Assembly: GCF_964204645.1 (NCBI RefSeq)
Contig: NC_134029.1
Location: 18,656,950 to 18,720,949 of the forward strand
DNA length: 64,000 nt
Reading direction: 5' to 3'
DNA from: Tubulanus polymorphus
Taxonomy: Eukaryota > Animalia > Nemertea
Below the pieces are notes generated by a model, which saw only the letters and a list, made by a program, of their open reading frames with translations, searched no databases and was not told where the DNA came from. Below, in pieces: positions 1 to 13,220 of the stretch. Both the position numbers and the translations under genes were made by a program. The number at the start of each line of letters is the position of its first letter. Positions within the stretch are counted from its first letter, which is position 1.

Positions 1-97
1 ATTAATTCATAAAGGATCATTGAGTCTTAGTTCACTTTCTCATAGGCAAGATACTTTAACTTTATCGAATAAACGAAATACGTTTTTACACCTGTAG

Positions 98-3000
98 GTG
101 TTGCCCATCTCTTTTGAATGCGTCGGACCAACCATGGGAAGCCAGATGGAAACAGTTCCGGGTTGTCACCAGTAAAGTTGTTGATCATAAAGCTTTCGAA
201 ACTTTCATATTGCTGCTGATTGCCGCAAGCAGCATTTCACTGGTAAGTTTATTACGAAATACGAATTGAACGCCTTCAAAACACTTAATCAAAAGTTTCA
301 TCTTTGGCCATCCCCATCCATCCTTGCATAGGATAATTCGCCAGGTTTAAAGCAAGTTTCGATAATGCTCTCAAGATACCTTGGAGTTGTAGCTTATGAT
401 ATGTTCTATGATTGTAATGGGGTTATTTGCTCCTGGTCACATTGACCAGAGGGCATTAAGATTTTCAGATCACCGAGCACTTGACCAAGTTCCTAGATCC
501 CTAGTTTCATTAATTCTTAACCCTTCACGCAAGTTCATTATCTACTTTAGTCGGTTGAAAGCTGTGGGCTTGCTGGTATAGTTATTGTGATTATCGATGT
601 TTTCAGGCTGCCGAAGATATCTACATGCCTTTGGATGCAGTCAGAGTCGAAGTTCTTTACTACCTGAATATTGTTTTCGCCATTTTGTTTACGATCGAGA
701 TGTTTCTGAAATGGATCGCGTACGGTTTCAAAAAATATTTCACAAGTTTCTGGACAATCTTGGACTTCATTATCGTAGTGGTAAGCATTGCCAGTCCCAT
801 TTTTTAAAGACCGCACTCAAAATAAGATTAGTAATGATGAGACTTATAACTCCAATGATGAAAAAAAAACGATTATAAAAGTCTGATGCTTTTAATTTTG
901 AATGATTCCGAACTAGAATATGTCAAGCAACTTATGAGAACAACTGTTCCTTATTTTGGACCAAGATCCCCCTTCTTGCGAATATAGAATTTCCGTTGAG
1001 AAGGACTTAAAAAAACTGAAAATGTTTCTTGCAATGTATTTTGAAGGTATCGATAGCAAGTTTGATAGCTGAACATGCAATGCCAGACGGTGCCAATATA
1101 TCGGCATTCCGTGCTTTACGAACGCTGCGGGCATTCCGTCCGCTTAGGGCCGTTTCAAGGTGGCAAGGAATGAAGGTATATATTGCAAACGTCCTATAAT
1201 CATTTTGTTATATTTTGAAACTCATATCGGTATTCCGTATTTACGTTTTAACGTCTGAATGCGATGCTAAGGATATTTGAATTCAACTGAAATCATTGCT
1301 CCACAAATTTAATATTAAAATATTTCATTTAACTTCATTTTTATAATGTATAATGATATATTGTAATATTCAGTGGAAATAAAATATATTGCATTATATT
1401 AAATTATAAGAAATTGAAAGCCTTCCATTCTCATGCCAACATACACTCATGTTGTATCCTTTTGAAGTCCCTCGTGAAGCTACTACGTAATTTAGAAATT
1501 TCAAATTAAAACCTTTTTCAAACTTGACCTTTACACTCAGAAATACAGCAGTACGGATTTGACATTTAATTGAATGCGTCGTTTTTTAGATTGTCGTGAA
1601 TGCGTTGGTTTTCGCAGTACCGTCCATTTTCAACGTGCTAGTCGTATGCGCCATATTCTGGCTCATCTTCAGCATAATGGGCATGAATTTATTCATGGGT
1701 AAATTTTACAAGTGCACCCACGTCGACAATGGACGATTCGAGACGTCAGTCGTCGCGAACAAGAGCCAATGCCTAGAGCTTGCGGCCAATGATTCGAAGA
1801 TCCGATGGCAGAATTCGGATGTGAACTTTGACAATGTTGGTAATGGTCTCCTAGCGCTGCTTCAGGTGGTAAGTATTAATGCAGAGGAATCCGGACATTG
1901 CTGTCTACTCATTGACATCGATACGCACATACTCATAATCGGATAGAAATACCACACGCTCCACGTGTTCTATTGTTTCAATGTTCGATTATCAATTTTC
2001 AGGCCACGTTTGAAGGATGGATGGAAGTAATGGCTGACGCTATCGATTCGAGAGGGGTTCGTGAATAAGATATATTGAAATTCTCTTCAGATTGTTATTC
2101 GTCTCGTCGTGATTATTTCAAATTCGTATATGTCAATTTTTATGCTGTTTCTTTTAGAGAGACCTACAGCCGACTAAAGAAGCCAATCTGTTGTACTACA
2201 TATATTTCGTGATTTTCATCATTTTCGGATCGTTTTTTACGTTGAATTTGTTTATTGGTGTGATCATCGATAATTTCAACATGCTGAAGAAAAAGGTTAG
2301 TGCACCCTTTCGAGCTCACGCCTTTCCGCGGCTTTTTAACACCGGAATTTCGACGCAAGATTACTTCTCTGGTTCATTATCATGAAATAAGTTTGACTTT
2401 TGAAATTCATTTCTATCATGGTTGATTTCAGTACGAAGGAACGTACCTGGATGTATTCTTGACGTCCAGTCAAAGAAACTATTACAACACCATCAAGAAA
2501 TTGGGAAATAGGAAGCCACAAAAGACTATCAAGCGGCCTAAGGTACAGAATGCAACCTCATATAACGATAGGTTAACAAAAAGAAAGTTTTATCGCAGAG
2601 GCGGATTTAGGAGTGGTCATGGTGGTCCACACCCCTGTTTTTCAATCTAAAAAATACCAATACCGGGTGAGGTACCGCACCAGTGGTCATTGGCATGAAT
2701 ATCCGAGAAATGTCTTTCCTGTTCCTCTGGACCCCTAAATCTGCCCCTGAATCGAGATATTCTATTCAAGTCACCACCGGATCATTGATTTTATATGAAT
2801 TAATGTTGTAATCAGTTTTGAAGCCAGATTTTACAGTCAGAAACTGCATGAAATTTCGGCATAACGCTAACCGAGTAATATATAAATCGTTTTTCTGAAG
2901 AATTGTAAATTTTTACCGGATATATTTCTTTATCGAAATACTTCTATCTCGGTTGGCTCGATTTGTCTAATTCACCTAGATATTCAAATACGGTAGAAAT

Positions 3001-6000
3001 GAATTGGAAATATTTAACAGTAACTAATCAGTTCTGTTGCTTGGACGTGGTGTTATATTGTACTGTAGGAAAATCCGAATGAATTCCCCTTAAAGCTCTT
3101 TAAGCTAAAGTACAAAATATACGTATCGTGGTTCTTTTTCAGAACAAAGTAATGGGCTTTTTCTTCGACATCGCAGTCAGCACGAAATTCGAACTGGCCA
3201 TAGTCGTGTTGATTTTCCTGAACATGTGCGCCATGGCTGTCGAGCATTACAAGCAAACCCAGACGATCACAGTCGCGTTAGACATCATCAACGTAATCTT
3301 CACGACAATTTTTACCCTGGAAGCGGTCATCAAGATCATCGGAATGAGATACCACTACTTCCGTAGAGCTTGGAACGTGTTCGATTTCATCATCGTTCTG
3401 CTGTCGATTATCGGTAGGTTATTCCGGAAGTCTGTTCGTCTAAACACGCGAGAATGAAAAAAAAAATGAACATGTTCTTTCGCCCCTAATTTCCGCTCAT
3501 GAAAGCTAAATAATTCTATAAGATAATTCGAAGGCTTTCAGAATGTCATAGTTGCACAGTTGCTGGTTGAAACAACTTTGATTCATACTCATTTCAAATT
3601 AACTACAACTGGATCGTATCCTGCAACTGCGTAAAACTGGGTTCAGAATATCCGTACGATGATTTAAAAGCCCAGCGTATGTCGTTTCATTTCATGATAT
3701 ACGATGATATATTACAGCTGGTCTCGGCGTACTTATGAACAAAGGTGATTGTGTGAAACTGTTGTTTTTTGCTGCGAATTCTATTCTAATCAGTATTCAT
3801 TCTCTTATTACTACGTTTCACTTCCTTCTATGATCGCTGATCAGTAATAGGCGAAAAAGCTTCTAAAAGTAAGGAGAAATCCGTACTGAATTTAACGTAG
3901 CATCTGTCTGTTCTAGTTATATATTGGACGTTAGGTTTGATATGAGAATCACTGTTTTGAAAGTAAATGCACGTGTCGACTGTTTCCTGAAGGTTTCCAT
4001 AGACGTTTTCCCACCTCCGGATGAATAGAAAATGATATACATTCCTCCAATTTTGGATATAGAAAAATCGAAAAAGGAGACTCCGTATTTCAAAGGGCTC
4101 AGTTCCACGGCCATGGCTTAAATTCAAGACCAGTCTAAAACCAACTCTTAGTTCTATTACTAATCTAACAACTTAAGACCAGTCTCAAGATTTAAGACCA
4201 CGTTTGGACTGAGGTCAAGACTGTGAAACTGGGCCCTGGTCTCAACAATGTCCAGTTTATGCGTTGTTAATTGGGTTGGGGGTGTTTAAGAAACCATCAA
4301 AATTTCCACTGATAGTATTCTATATCGATCCTTCAAGATATATCTCTAAACTCTGTGAGAAGGTAAACAATTTATGTCAAATCTTTGAAACACCCTCCTC
4401 CCACCGGAACCATGTTTTCCAAATGTTTTACCAGTGTTTCTTGAGAAAATATTTACTCCGTTACCGATGACGAAAATATTTGATTTTCCTTTAAATCATG
4501 CCTCGTTTACTGAGAAAGTCGATTGTCATAGGTCTAATCAAGACATAATTAAACATCTATCGATTACTATCTAGAATTAGCAAAATCTGATTGTGGTAAA
4601 TACTGTACTTTTCTACCGCTAAATTTTCTTTCTGATTACCTAGAATTTCAACTGAATCTGAAATGTTTCCGAGCGTCGTTGTTTTCGATCGGGAGTAGAT
4701 TTTTCTTGTTATCAGAGTGGCACGTCTTCTGGTGTTTTACTGTAGCCACTTTAAGATATAGGTTCACCCAAAAAAAATAGGAAGAATCGAAATTTGCACC
4801 ATATTTAGATCGTGGATTTTATGGCTGCTGTTTGTTTTATAAACAAACAAAAAAGAAAAATAATTTCTGATTGATTATTTATTTACAGAGACAGCTGCAG
4901 GTAAATGTGACATCTATAGCCATGTGTTTCTTGCGTAACATCACTTGATGTGCAAAAGCCATTTCACAAACAATTTCACAATCAATTTCACATTTCATTA
5001 AAATGTGAATTCGGAGATATTTTCATTTGAATCGTCATGTTGCTTCGCGCTTGTGAACCTGTGTCGTGGGCTAGGCTTTCAAAAGAAAGAGAATCCGAGC
5101 TTACTCTTCACTTGCACGAGAATATGATGACAAAATGTCTCGGTCGATGTCTCGTACAAATTTGAGTTCCAAGTTTAAAGGAGTCTTTGAGAATGAAAAA
5201 TGTGAAAATTTGTATCTCATCAGCACAAATGTTATCAAAAATTGATACCGATACATACAAATTGTGCGTGTTCACCTTTACAAAAAAACTTATCAATATT
5301 TATCGACTCATTTGTCTCACTCATCTCTGGAACTCAAACGTGTCCAATGGAACCGACTGAGATATTTTTGCTTCCTCGAATGCAACTTGTCTATTGTTGT
5401 TGGGGAAAATGTGAAGTTGACAATCCACTGAATATTCGGAATTTTGAGCTCCACTTTCGTATGTGAAATGGTTCGATGACTCGTCAGTCATTTCGGCCTT
5501 TGTACGTCCACTGATGTTATAGATGTTAGTTGTTATACGTTGTATATTCTATTCATATATTTATAATCCCGAGTGTGAAGCTTCATTAGTAGCGCATTAG
5601 TTTACAATCACAGTTCATTTGGCAAGCTCAAGGTCTACAATTTAGACAATATGAGTTAAAAATAGAATTCATTATACAAAATAACATAGCAGCGAAAATG
5701 AAAACAGATTGTGTTAAGATGGAGTTTTGATTGTTCAGCTTAGAAGTTGGTTTTATGCAAGAACGAAGGATATTGGTAATAGGTCACATGTATGGGGAAA
5801 CCCCTTAGATGTACGCTTATTCTAGTCGTAGTAACGAAACCCACCTCGACACCCTCGTGAAACGGAATGAACTTAAAACCCACTATATTCCTAATTTGAC
5901 AATGGAAACATTTATCGAAAAGAAAATCGATTGATATAAAAAATAAGAAAACGTCTGTAGATACTTGTGATGAATAAATGATTTGAAATCATTTTGAAAC

Positions 6001-7670
6001 ATTTCTAGAAATACATGTAAAAATAGTGGATTTCATGCTCATTTTCGTTATCGTAATTCTTATCCATTTTTCTCGAAGTTACCGATGACATGCAAAGTCC
6101 CCTATCATCTATAAAAGACTATCTTCCTTTCGTATCCATTCTAAACCAGCTCAATATCGTAACCTGGATCGAGTTACGTTCGAAAATGTAACGGTGTGTT
6201 CTGTAAAGTAAATGTGTGTAAATACAGGTTAATTCTACATTTTTCGTAGATGCTCTACTTTTCCTTTCTATTCTTTTCCTGAACATTATTGCCAAAATGT
6301 CAGTCTTTATCCGTATAAAAAATATTTGTTTTTCGACTTCTGTTGAAATAGTTGTATATATCTCTAAGTTGTACATTTTTGCAAAACTTGCAGTGTATAT
6401 TAAGATAATGTGCAGGAGTATGTAAGTTTATATTTCCATGTATTTACTTTTGACTTTGTGCTCGAAAAATTGTTAATGATTTGGAGCAATAAAGAATCTA
6501 ATCTGTAATCTATTCTTATTTTTAGGGGTGATCCTGGACGACTTGTTGAAAGATATTTTCATCACACCGACGTTGTTACGCGTAGTAAGAATATTCCGGA
6601 TCGGACGCGTGTTACGCCTGATCAAGGCGGCGAAAGGCATCCGCAAATTGCTGTTTGCGTTGATAATATCCGTACCAGCCTTGTTCAATATCGGCGCCTT
6701 GTTGTTCGTTGTCGTTTTCATATTCGCAATTGTCGGAATGTCGTCGTTCGGCCGCGTCAAACACAACGGCTTCATCAACGATTTGGTGAATTTCGAAACT
6801 TTCGAAAGGAGCGTTTTGGTGTTGTTCCGTTTGACCACGTCAGCCGGTTGGAATGACATCCTCGGCCCGTTGTTCGTGCAGCCTCCCGATTGCAACGATA
6901 CGCATTATATCGACCCCCGCGGGGTGCCGATCGCCGAATGGAACGGCAACTGCGGACTGCCGTGGTTAGCGTCCGGCTACATGATCTTGTTTGTGATGAT
7001 CACATTTTTGATCGTTATAAACATGTACATAGCGGTGATTCTAGAGAATTTCAACCAGGCACACGAGCAAGAAGAAGTCGGAGTTACCGAAGACGATTTC
7101 GAAATGTTTTACGTGATCTGGGAACGCTACGATCCGCACGCTTCACAGTTTATTAAGTACGAACAGTTATCCGATTTCGTCGCGGACTTGGACTTACCGC
7201 TAGGCTTGCCTAAGCCTAACGATTTAGCGCTTGTCGCATTCAATCTACCGATCGTCCAAGGCGAGAAATTGCACTGTTTAGACATTCTAATGGCGTTAGT
7301 AAAACGCCTGCTAGGCGACCCCGAACAGTCGAAAGAATTCGACGAGTTGAAAGTCGAAATGGAAGAGAAGTTCAGAGATACGTTCCCGTTCCGTGTGGAA
7401 ACCGATGTCATTGCGACTACTATGCAGCGTAAAAAAGAGGACGTGGCCGCTAAAACCCTACAGCGGGCTTGGAGAAAACACAAGGCCCAACAGAAAATTC
7501 GTAATATCACTGCATTGGCGCTTGCGCAGCGGCCAAACAGCAGTAACTTGAACAGCGCTACCTCAAGTTTAGCTAATACTCCCCGACGCGGGCTCAGTCC
7601 AGTCAGCCGGACATCGAATAGAAGTGCGACATTACAGGTTCCTACTCCCTCCAAAAATTCCAAGAGCTGA
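98..7670 (+). CDS. Voltage-gated sodium channel alpha subunit, Nav2 (DSC1/NaCP60E-like) type; domains III-IV and C-terminus, 5' part outside the window
   Basis: GT-AG exons joined in frame: 98-242, 607-780, 1047-1175, 1590-1868, 2003-2056, 2158-2295, 2432-2542, 3143-3413, 6526-7670. DIII S4 [18 protein letters not shown]; DIII pore ATFEGWMEV; III-IV linker [14 protein letters not shown]; DIV S4 [17 protein letters not shown]; DIV pore TTSAGWND; EF-hand region WERYDP; IQ-like [12 protein letters not shown]. Confidence 0.95.
4096..4236. repeat. Short interspersed MITE-like repeat with internal AAGACCAGTCT motifs
   Basis: Clearly related copy at ~37224-37360 and a diverged copy at ~56865-57080. 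Confidence 0.55.
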
Positions 7671-10600
7671 GAAAATACCGTAGTCAGTTGCTGAGATGTA
7701 GTCTGATTTCCTATGCGCTCGTCCATTTCCTATGCGGGGAACGAAGCTTGACATTGATTCCCGCCATTGAATCCGTCCCAAAGATGAAAATATTTACACG
7801 CAATTCGTTATCATGTACGTTTTATATAATATACTATGTTATGTTTGTAAAGAATTTTTAATTTTAAGATTTTCCTTAGGGATGTTTTCGACATGAATGA
7901 CAAAATTGTTAGAAATCTTGGGAAAAGTGGTTTTTCTCTTGTTGAGTACCAAACGGCGAACTTGGCCCGATTTGCAGCCATAGGTGTGTATGACTATAGA
8001 ATCGCCGTGCCTTGATAACTGATAGCGCTTATCTGTGATACAAAAAACAACATTTCAAACATAATGCAGAGTTACGGCTATAACTGTGATCATTGAAACC
8101 TTGGGGTTTGCATATTCGGAACAATACGCCGGTTCTAGCGAATAATAATGTTTAACTACTTCTCTTTTTGTGTGCACGTGAAATTCATTATGTTTCGTCG
8201 TTACTTAAAAAAAAGATGTGTATTTCGACGACGATTTCTATCGAAAACGATAACTCCTCGTGTACGCATACGGTTTGTCCTAACAACATACCTATTCATC
8301 ATGGTTGTTCGTTTATTTTGTTGTGGTCTTTTTCTACTGTTGTTGTGCGACCGTTCGATACGTGAAATGTATACATATATATTCCGTCCCAAATGTTCTA
8401 AAATCTAAAAAATCCTCCACGGAGTAAAACTTTTTTTCGAGAGATGCACTCGTCTGAGAGTGTTCGGTTTATTGCCAGCGATATGATCCAAGAATCGAAG
8501 ATATCCTAACGATTAAAGTTATTTTCAAAAATCAACACAACTTGTTTCAGAAATTGGACAGCTCGAAAGCCCGTTGGTTGTGGGTAATTTAGTAGAGATG
8601 ATAACCTACGGAGATAATGATTCGTAATCGAATTTCTGTAGGTTTTCTCCAAATATTCCTCTCTCCACTAGCAATATGCGAATGAATAAACTGCTGAAAT
8701 ATTCAACTGCTCAACTGTTAGATAATGATGATAATAAGTAGCTTTATCGTTAATATTGTCGCTGTTTTATAAATAGTAAATAAATATGTTGAAAATCAAG
8801 ACGCGGTGCTATTGATCGGCGCTGATAATATAGACGTACTCTATAATTAAGCAAGTAGATAACGGTTAAATATGTTTCGTTTCTTGTGTTTCTTGTGCTA
8901 ATAGCAATCGGTTTTATCAGTAAATGGGTAATATTTGGCATTCAGCGAAAATAAATCGACAAACAAACAGGCAATGGGTGGGAGACTGCTCTTTGACTCT
9001 GATTCGGATAACAGGGCCGGGCGGGTCCAGGGGGATTCTGGGGTGTCTGGAATCCTCTCTCTGAAAAAGATTTCTTTTTCATTTAACACAACTATTCCAA
9101 ATCCAACTGAAAAAAAATCAGTAGTAAGTCCTACGCCAATGAATGTTAAATGTTACTGGTTAAACATGGTTAAATGCAGGAAAATCCATCTGCAGGCTTC
9201 TACTTTTTAGACCCCCTTTGGCGCTGGCAGTTGCTAAACACAGCCGATTGAATTTACATTGGAATCCCCCATCTCTAATCCTGGATCCACCTCTGGCGAA
9301 AGATATCCGAGATAATTCCCCAAATTCATCCTAGAAATTCATATATGTAGCCAATTCGGTGGTACATTTCGAAAACTTATTTGACGCAAACTGGTTTTCT
9401 AGTCCCTAGCCACCACAAATGCGAAGCACCTACGTTATCATGCAAACTTTGCTTATTTAGCTGTTCATTCATAATATAACCTTGATATATGAAAAGAAGA
9501 ATATCAAGATGCTGATGAAGTTACTATGCAAGATAAAGACCTGCTGCGTACAAGTATTAAGCACTAATAGGGCTGGTCGCACTTCAGGTCATGACTAACA
9601 TACGTCAAAAAGAGGACCTGTCTTAATTCTTTTGGACACAAACTTGACAGTGCGTGGACGGGTCTTACCAGATGAATAGTCTTATTGTAAAACTAAGCAA
9701 TTACTTGATCTACATTCGTTTCAGAAATTATGATTATCATCATTAACGGTTTGGTTATTTCTTGTTGAATTCTCTAGTTTATATTTGTGTCTAGTCATGT
9801 AGAGAGTTTAGTGCGGTATCGAATACTCCTAGAGAAGAATTTTATTTTCTTGATGACAAAGCAAATGACATAAACAAACACGAATTAACTTCATCATCAT
9901 TATGGTATACATGATACATTTGTTATTGTAAATAAAACTTCATAATTATGATTTCCATAAAGATAGTTCGTCAACATTCTTTTTTTCACGCAGGCTTTTG
10001 CTTTGAATTCTGTACCAAGACATCATTCCTCATAAGCTATAAAAGCGGAACTCATTCATCCCAACCAGTTTGCGCAAAATATATATTTAGTTATGTAACT
10101 TGGTATTTACGCAGAGGAATAGATTTTTTCTTGTAAAGATAACAATTTATTTGGGTCTAGGGTCTAATATCGCTCGAAATCCTCAAAATCCCAGTAGATT
10201 CTTGAAGTTGGTAGTAGATGGCGTGTGTGTGTACAGCGTATAGATTACCTAACTCTAAGTATGACTGACCTGGACGAGCGCAGGAAAGCTTGCATTGTTA
10301 ACCGTGGAAAGTAAGCTGTGGTTCGGCGTAAATAGGCGCTGGAAAAAGCTTAGTTAACTACGATTTCGTGTGGCTTCTTATTTTAAGTTAAGTTGTTTAA
10401 GTTTAAGTTTAAGTTAGTTTAAGTTGGTTAGACTAACCACGGATAAGCCACTAACAACGGTAAGGTTAACGAGGTTTCCTGCGCCCGCCTCGACTGTTAC
10501 AGCGTTGGGGTGACGTGTTTGACTTCGACCCAATCTGCACCCGATGAGATTCGATCACCGCGGACCAGATTCTTGTTAAGCATAGTATGGTCTGGGAATA

Positions 10601-11586
10601 GAGGGCATGTCGAGAAAGAGACTACTCGGCTTCTAGGAGGAAACATTGCTTGAGTTTTGATTGGAACGGTCAATCAAAGATCACCAAAGGGATTTTATTA
10701 GGCTGACATTTAAGGAGCCCATCAAATTGGGAGGCATCATGTGCTCCTTTGAAATCCACCTTAACCCAGCCTGCATTTTCTACTTAGCTCCTCTGTCCAA
10801 CCCATCGAGGATGGGTATTTTGTTAGTACATGCGTGTCGTCTGTCCCGTACGTTGACTATCCTGTGTGAAAGAAATACATCTCCGAAACATGCGCTATCT
10901 CCTTGTATCCGCGAAGTATGATATTGTTGATACGTCAAGGGGTGCAATTGGTTCCTCGCATCCGGAGCTGCTTTTGCCTATACAGTGTAGAATAAAGACT
11001 GTCGGCCTAGCGGGAACTGTAGTGACCTACCTATACGGTTCGCCGCCAGTTACCGTCATTTCTACCGGACACAAGCCTACTTAGCGCTAACGATGCATCC
11101 CTGCGCCGACTAACAACTCCTCGTCTGTCATATCGCGCCAGTTTTTTCCTCCAGCCTTAAAATTATGGGTCAGTTTCATTTTAAAATCTTATGATCAATG
11201 TTTAAAGAATCCCGCTGGAAAACGTCAAATATATTTTCAATGCCACCAAATCAGCCACAATATTTTTTTGAAAAGATGAATAAATGAGCAAAAATTAGTC
11301 CGAAAATGTATGACGTTTATTCTGATATCAGACACGAAAATCATAAATTTTACAAACTCATTATTTATTCTAACCACGACGATTCTGAAAATATGATATC
11401 TTGAAAAATCTACTTCGATACTACACTGAATAATTATTTCCTAAATTTTCTGGGAAAAGTTTATCACGGTCTACAATTTGATGGTCCTAGTACTGGCACA
11501 CTTTAAATTTGTCTGATTCAAACATTTTCGTGCACGAGGGACTTTCACCAATGGAGCCGCGACAGCAGTCTGAATCGGACATGCAT

Positions 11587-12021
11587 TTAGAATACCGACC
11601 CACATCTGTTATAGAACGAATCGCAAGAAGACGCTTTGCCATTCACTGTGCAACATTCCGAGGCATAACGACAAGGAACTCCATTCTGCTTACACCTCCG
11701 TGCCTTGCAAGTATTTTGGCCGCTAGCACCAGTTCGTGCGCATGTCACTTCAATCCCACGACGACCATGATCGCAACACTCGGTGGCCGTATCACAACCC
11801 CGGTTGATGAGCGTGCATTCCGATGGTAGACAGGCCCTTATTCCACCCAACGCACCCGCTCGGCAAATCACTTTTTCGTCGGCACCATCAGCTGCCGCGC
11901 AACAATCTGCGTCGGATTCGCAACGTCTATATAATCCCTTGCATTCTTTCGCGCCGACTTGCCCTGCAATAATGACCAGTAAGAAACTGCTTATTGCAAG
12001 CATATTCATTTTGCGAAACAT
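11587..12021 (-). CDS. Secreted cysteine-rich protein with 3 tandem knottin/ICK-like domains
   Basis: ATG at 12021 or 12009; signal peptide MNMLAISSFLLVIIAGQVGA; three C-x6-C-x5-CC-xn-C-xm-C units (18 Cys); TATATAAA at 12139-12132. Confidence 0.85.
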   Translation of the reverse strand: MFRKMNMLAISSFLLVIIAGQVGAKECKGLYRRCESDADCCAAADGADEKVICRAGALGGIRACLPSECTLINRGCDTATECCDHGRRGIEVTCARTGASGQNTCKARRCKQNGVPCRYASECCTVNGKASSCDSFYNRCGSVF

Positions 12022-12131
12022 AATGAATAGATCTTGTACGTTGATATAAAAATCGAGATAATCAAGATAATCAAGAACAAACACTCCAGCTAATATAAAC
12101 AGCCAATGCCACGACTACGGCCAATAGTGGC

Positions 12132-12139
12132 TTTATATA
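12132..12139 (-). promoter_or_regulatory. Putative TATA box of knottin gene 1
   Basis: TATATAAA ~110-120 nt upstream of the ATG; the same motif occurs at 26881-26874 upstream of knottin gene 3. Confidence 0.45.
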
Positions 12140-12179
12140 TGTATATGTCACGTGTTTTATTCATGCGCGTCATATTGGG

Positions 12180-12392
12180 CGAATTTGGGGGAGGTTTTCG
12201 GAGTTAGTCGACTATAGTCGAACTAATGTGAAACCGGTTTGGAAATGGTCGACCACGCAATTGATCGCGGTCGCTATGGTTCGGACCTAGGTTCAAGATG
12301 GCCGACACTGTGAAATACATTAAGACCGAACTAAGGGTTCGGTTATTAGTTTCGACCACTAGTCGACTAGCAACGAAAACCGAAGTTCGCCT
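12180..12392. repeat. Dispersed repeat family rich in GTCGACTA/CCGAAC motifs (MITE-like)
   Basis: Related copies at ~12550-12710, ~22590-22745 and ~55750-55995. Confidence 0.6.
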
Positions 12393-13060
12393 TGTCTGTT
12401 TTATGGCAGTCGTCCGTTACCATTACTTCAAATAACCGCCAGGAAATTGGCGGACATTAGGACGATTGTGACCACGCCATTTAAAGCCAAAGTACGTAAA
12501 AGATATTATCAAACGACGAATAGAATAAGCTGAAAAGCCTGACTAAAAAGCCAGGACCAAATTCGGTTATCTGAGTTTGTCGACTATAGTCCAACTATGT
12601 AAAACCGAATTTCAGTTAGACGGAACTATATTCCGGAAATAGTTCAGAAATTAAACGTATTCGGTTATCAGTTCCGACCACCAGTCGACTAGAGATACAA
12701 AAACCGATTTAATTGTGCTCGTTGAAAAATTTTATTATTTGTTGTTGTTGTTGTTTCTTTTTTGCTGTTGTATTTTCTATCCTTTTTAATCTCTGTATAT
12801 AGCCTACCTATATGCTTTCCGTGAAATAGATTTGAAATTGAACTCGAACAACCATTACAACGCTACGGACGGAATTCTGTCATACATGTCACACATGCTC
12901 TTCATCATTATTCATTTTCCAAATTTCCCATCAGTTGATGCCATACACACATTTGATAAAACGTACAACGATAATGAACTAGTTGATAATGACCAGTAAA
13001 AACACGTCGATGAACAGTGCGGGTAACGCAGTAAAACTATGCAATCAATTGCGAGAGACG

Positions 13061-13220
13061 AATAGAATAAAATCCCACAATCACGAGATCGAGGTTTTTT
13101 TATAAAATCGAAACTATTAAAATTTATGAAAAAACGAAAATTCAGGTTTTTGATAGATTTTGATAGTTTCGATTTTTTAAAAACTTTTTCGATCTCGTGA
13201 TTGTGGGATTTATATTCTAG
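13061..13220. repeat. Imperfect ~160-bp palindrome (foldback repeat)
   Basis: TAGAATAAAATCCCACAATCACGAGATCGA ... TCGATCTCGTGATTGTGGGATTTATATTCTA arms. Confidence 0.7.

Noticed and set aside
6838-6860. DIV pore AGWND as a tetrodotoxin-resistance substitution
   Set aside because: This sequence is typical of Nav2 channels generally, so it is not evidence of adaptation.
6473-7726. Minus-strand ORFs over the last Nav exon, and similar antisense ORFs over knottin, TMEM26, LINE and Vps34 exons
   Set aside because: Shadow frames of real coding sequence.
10490-11140. GC-richer block, possibly a DIRS/LTR retroelement remnant
   Set aside because: No recognisable intact motif or terminal structure could be supported.
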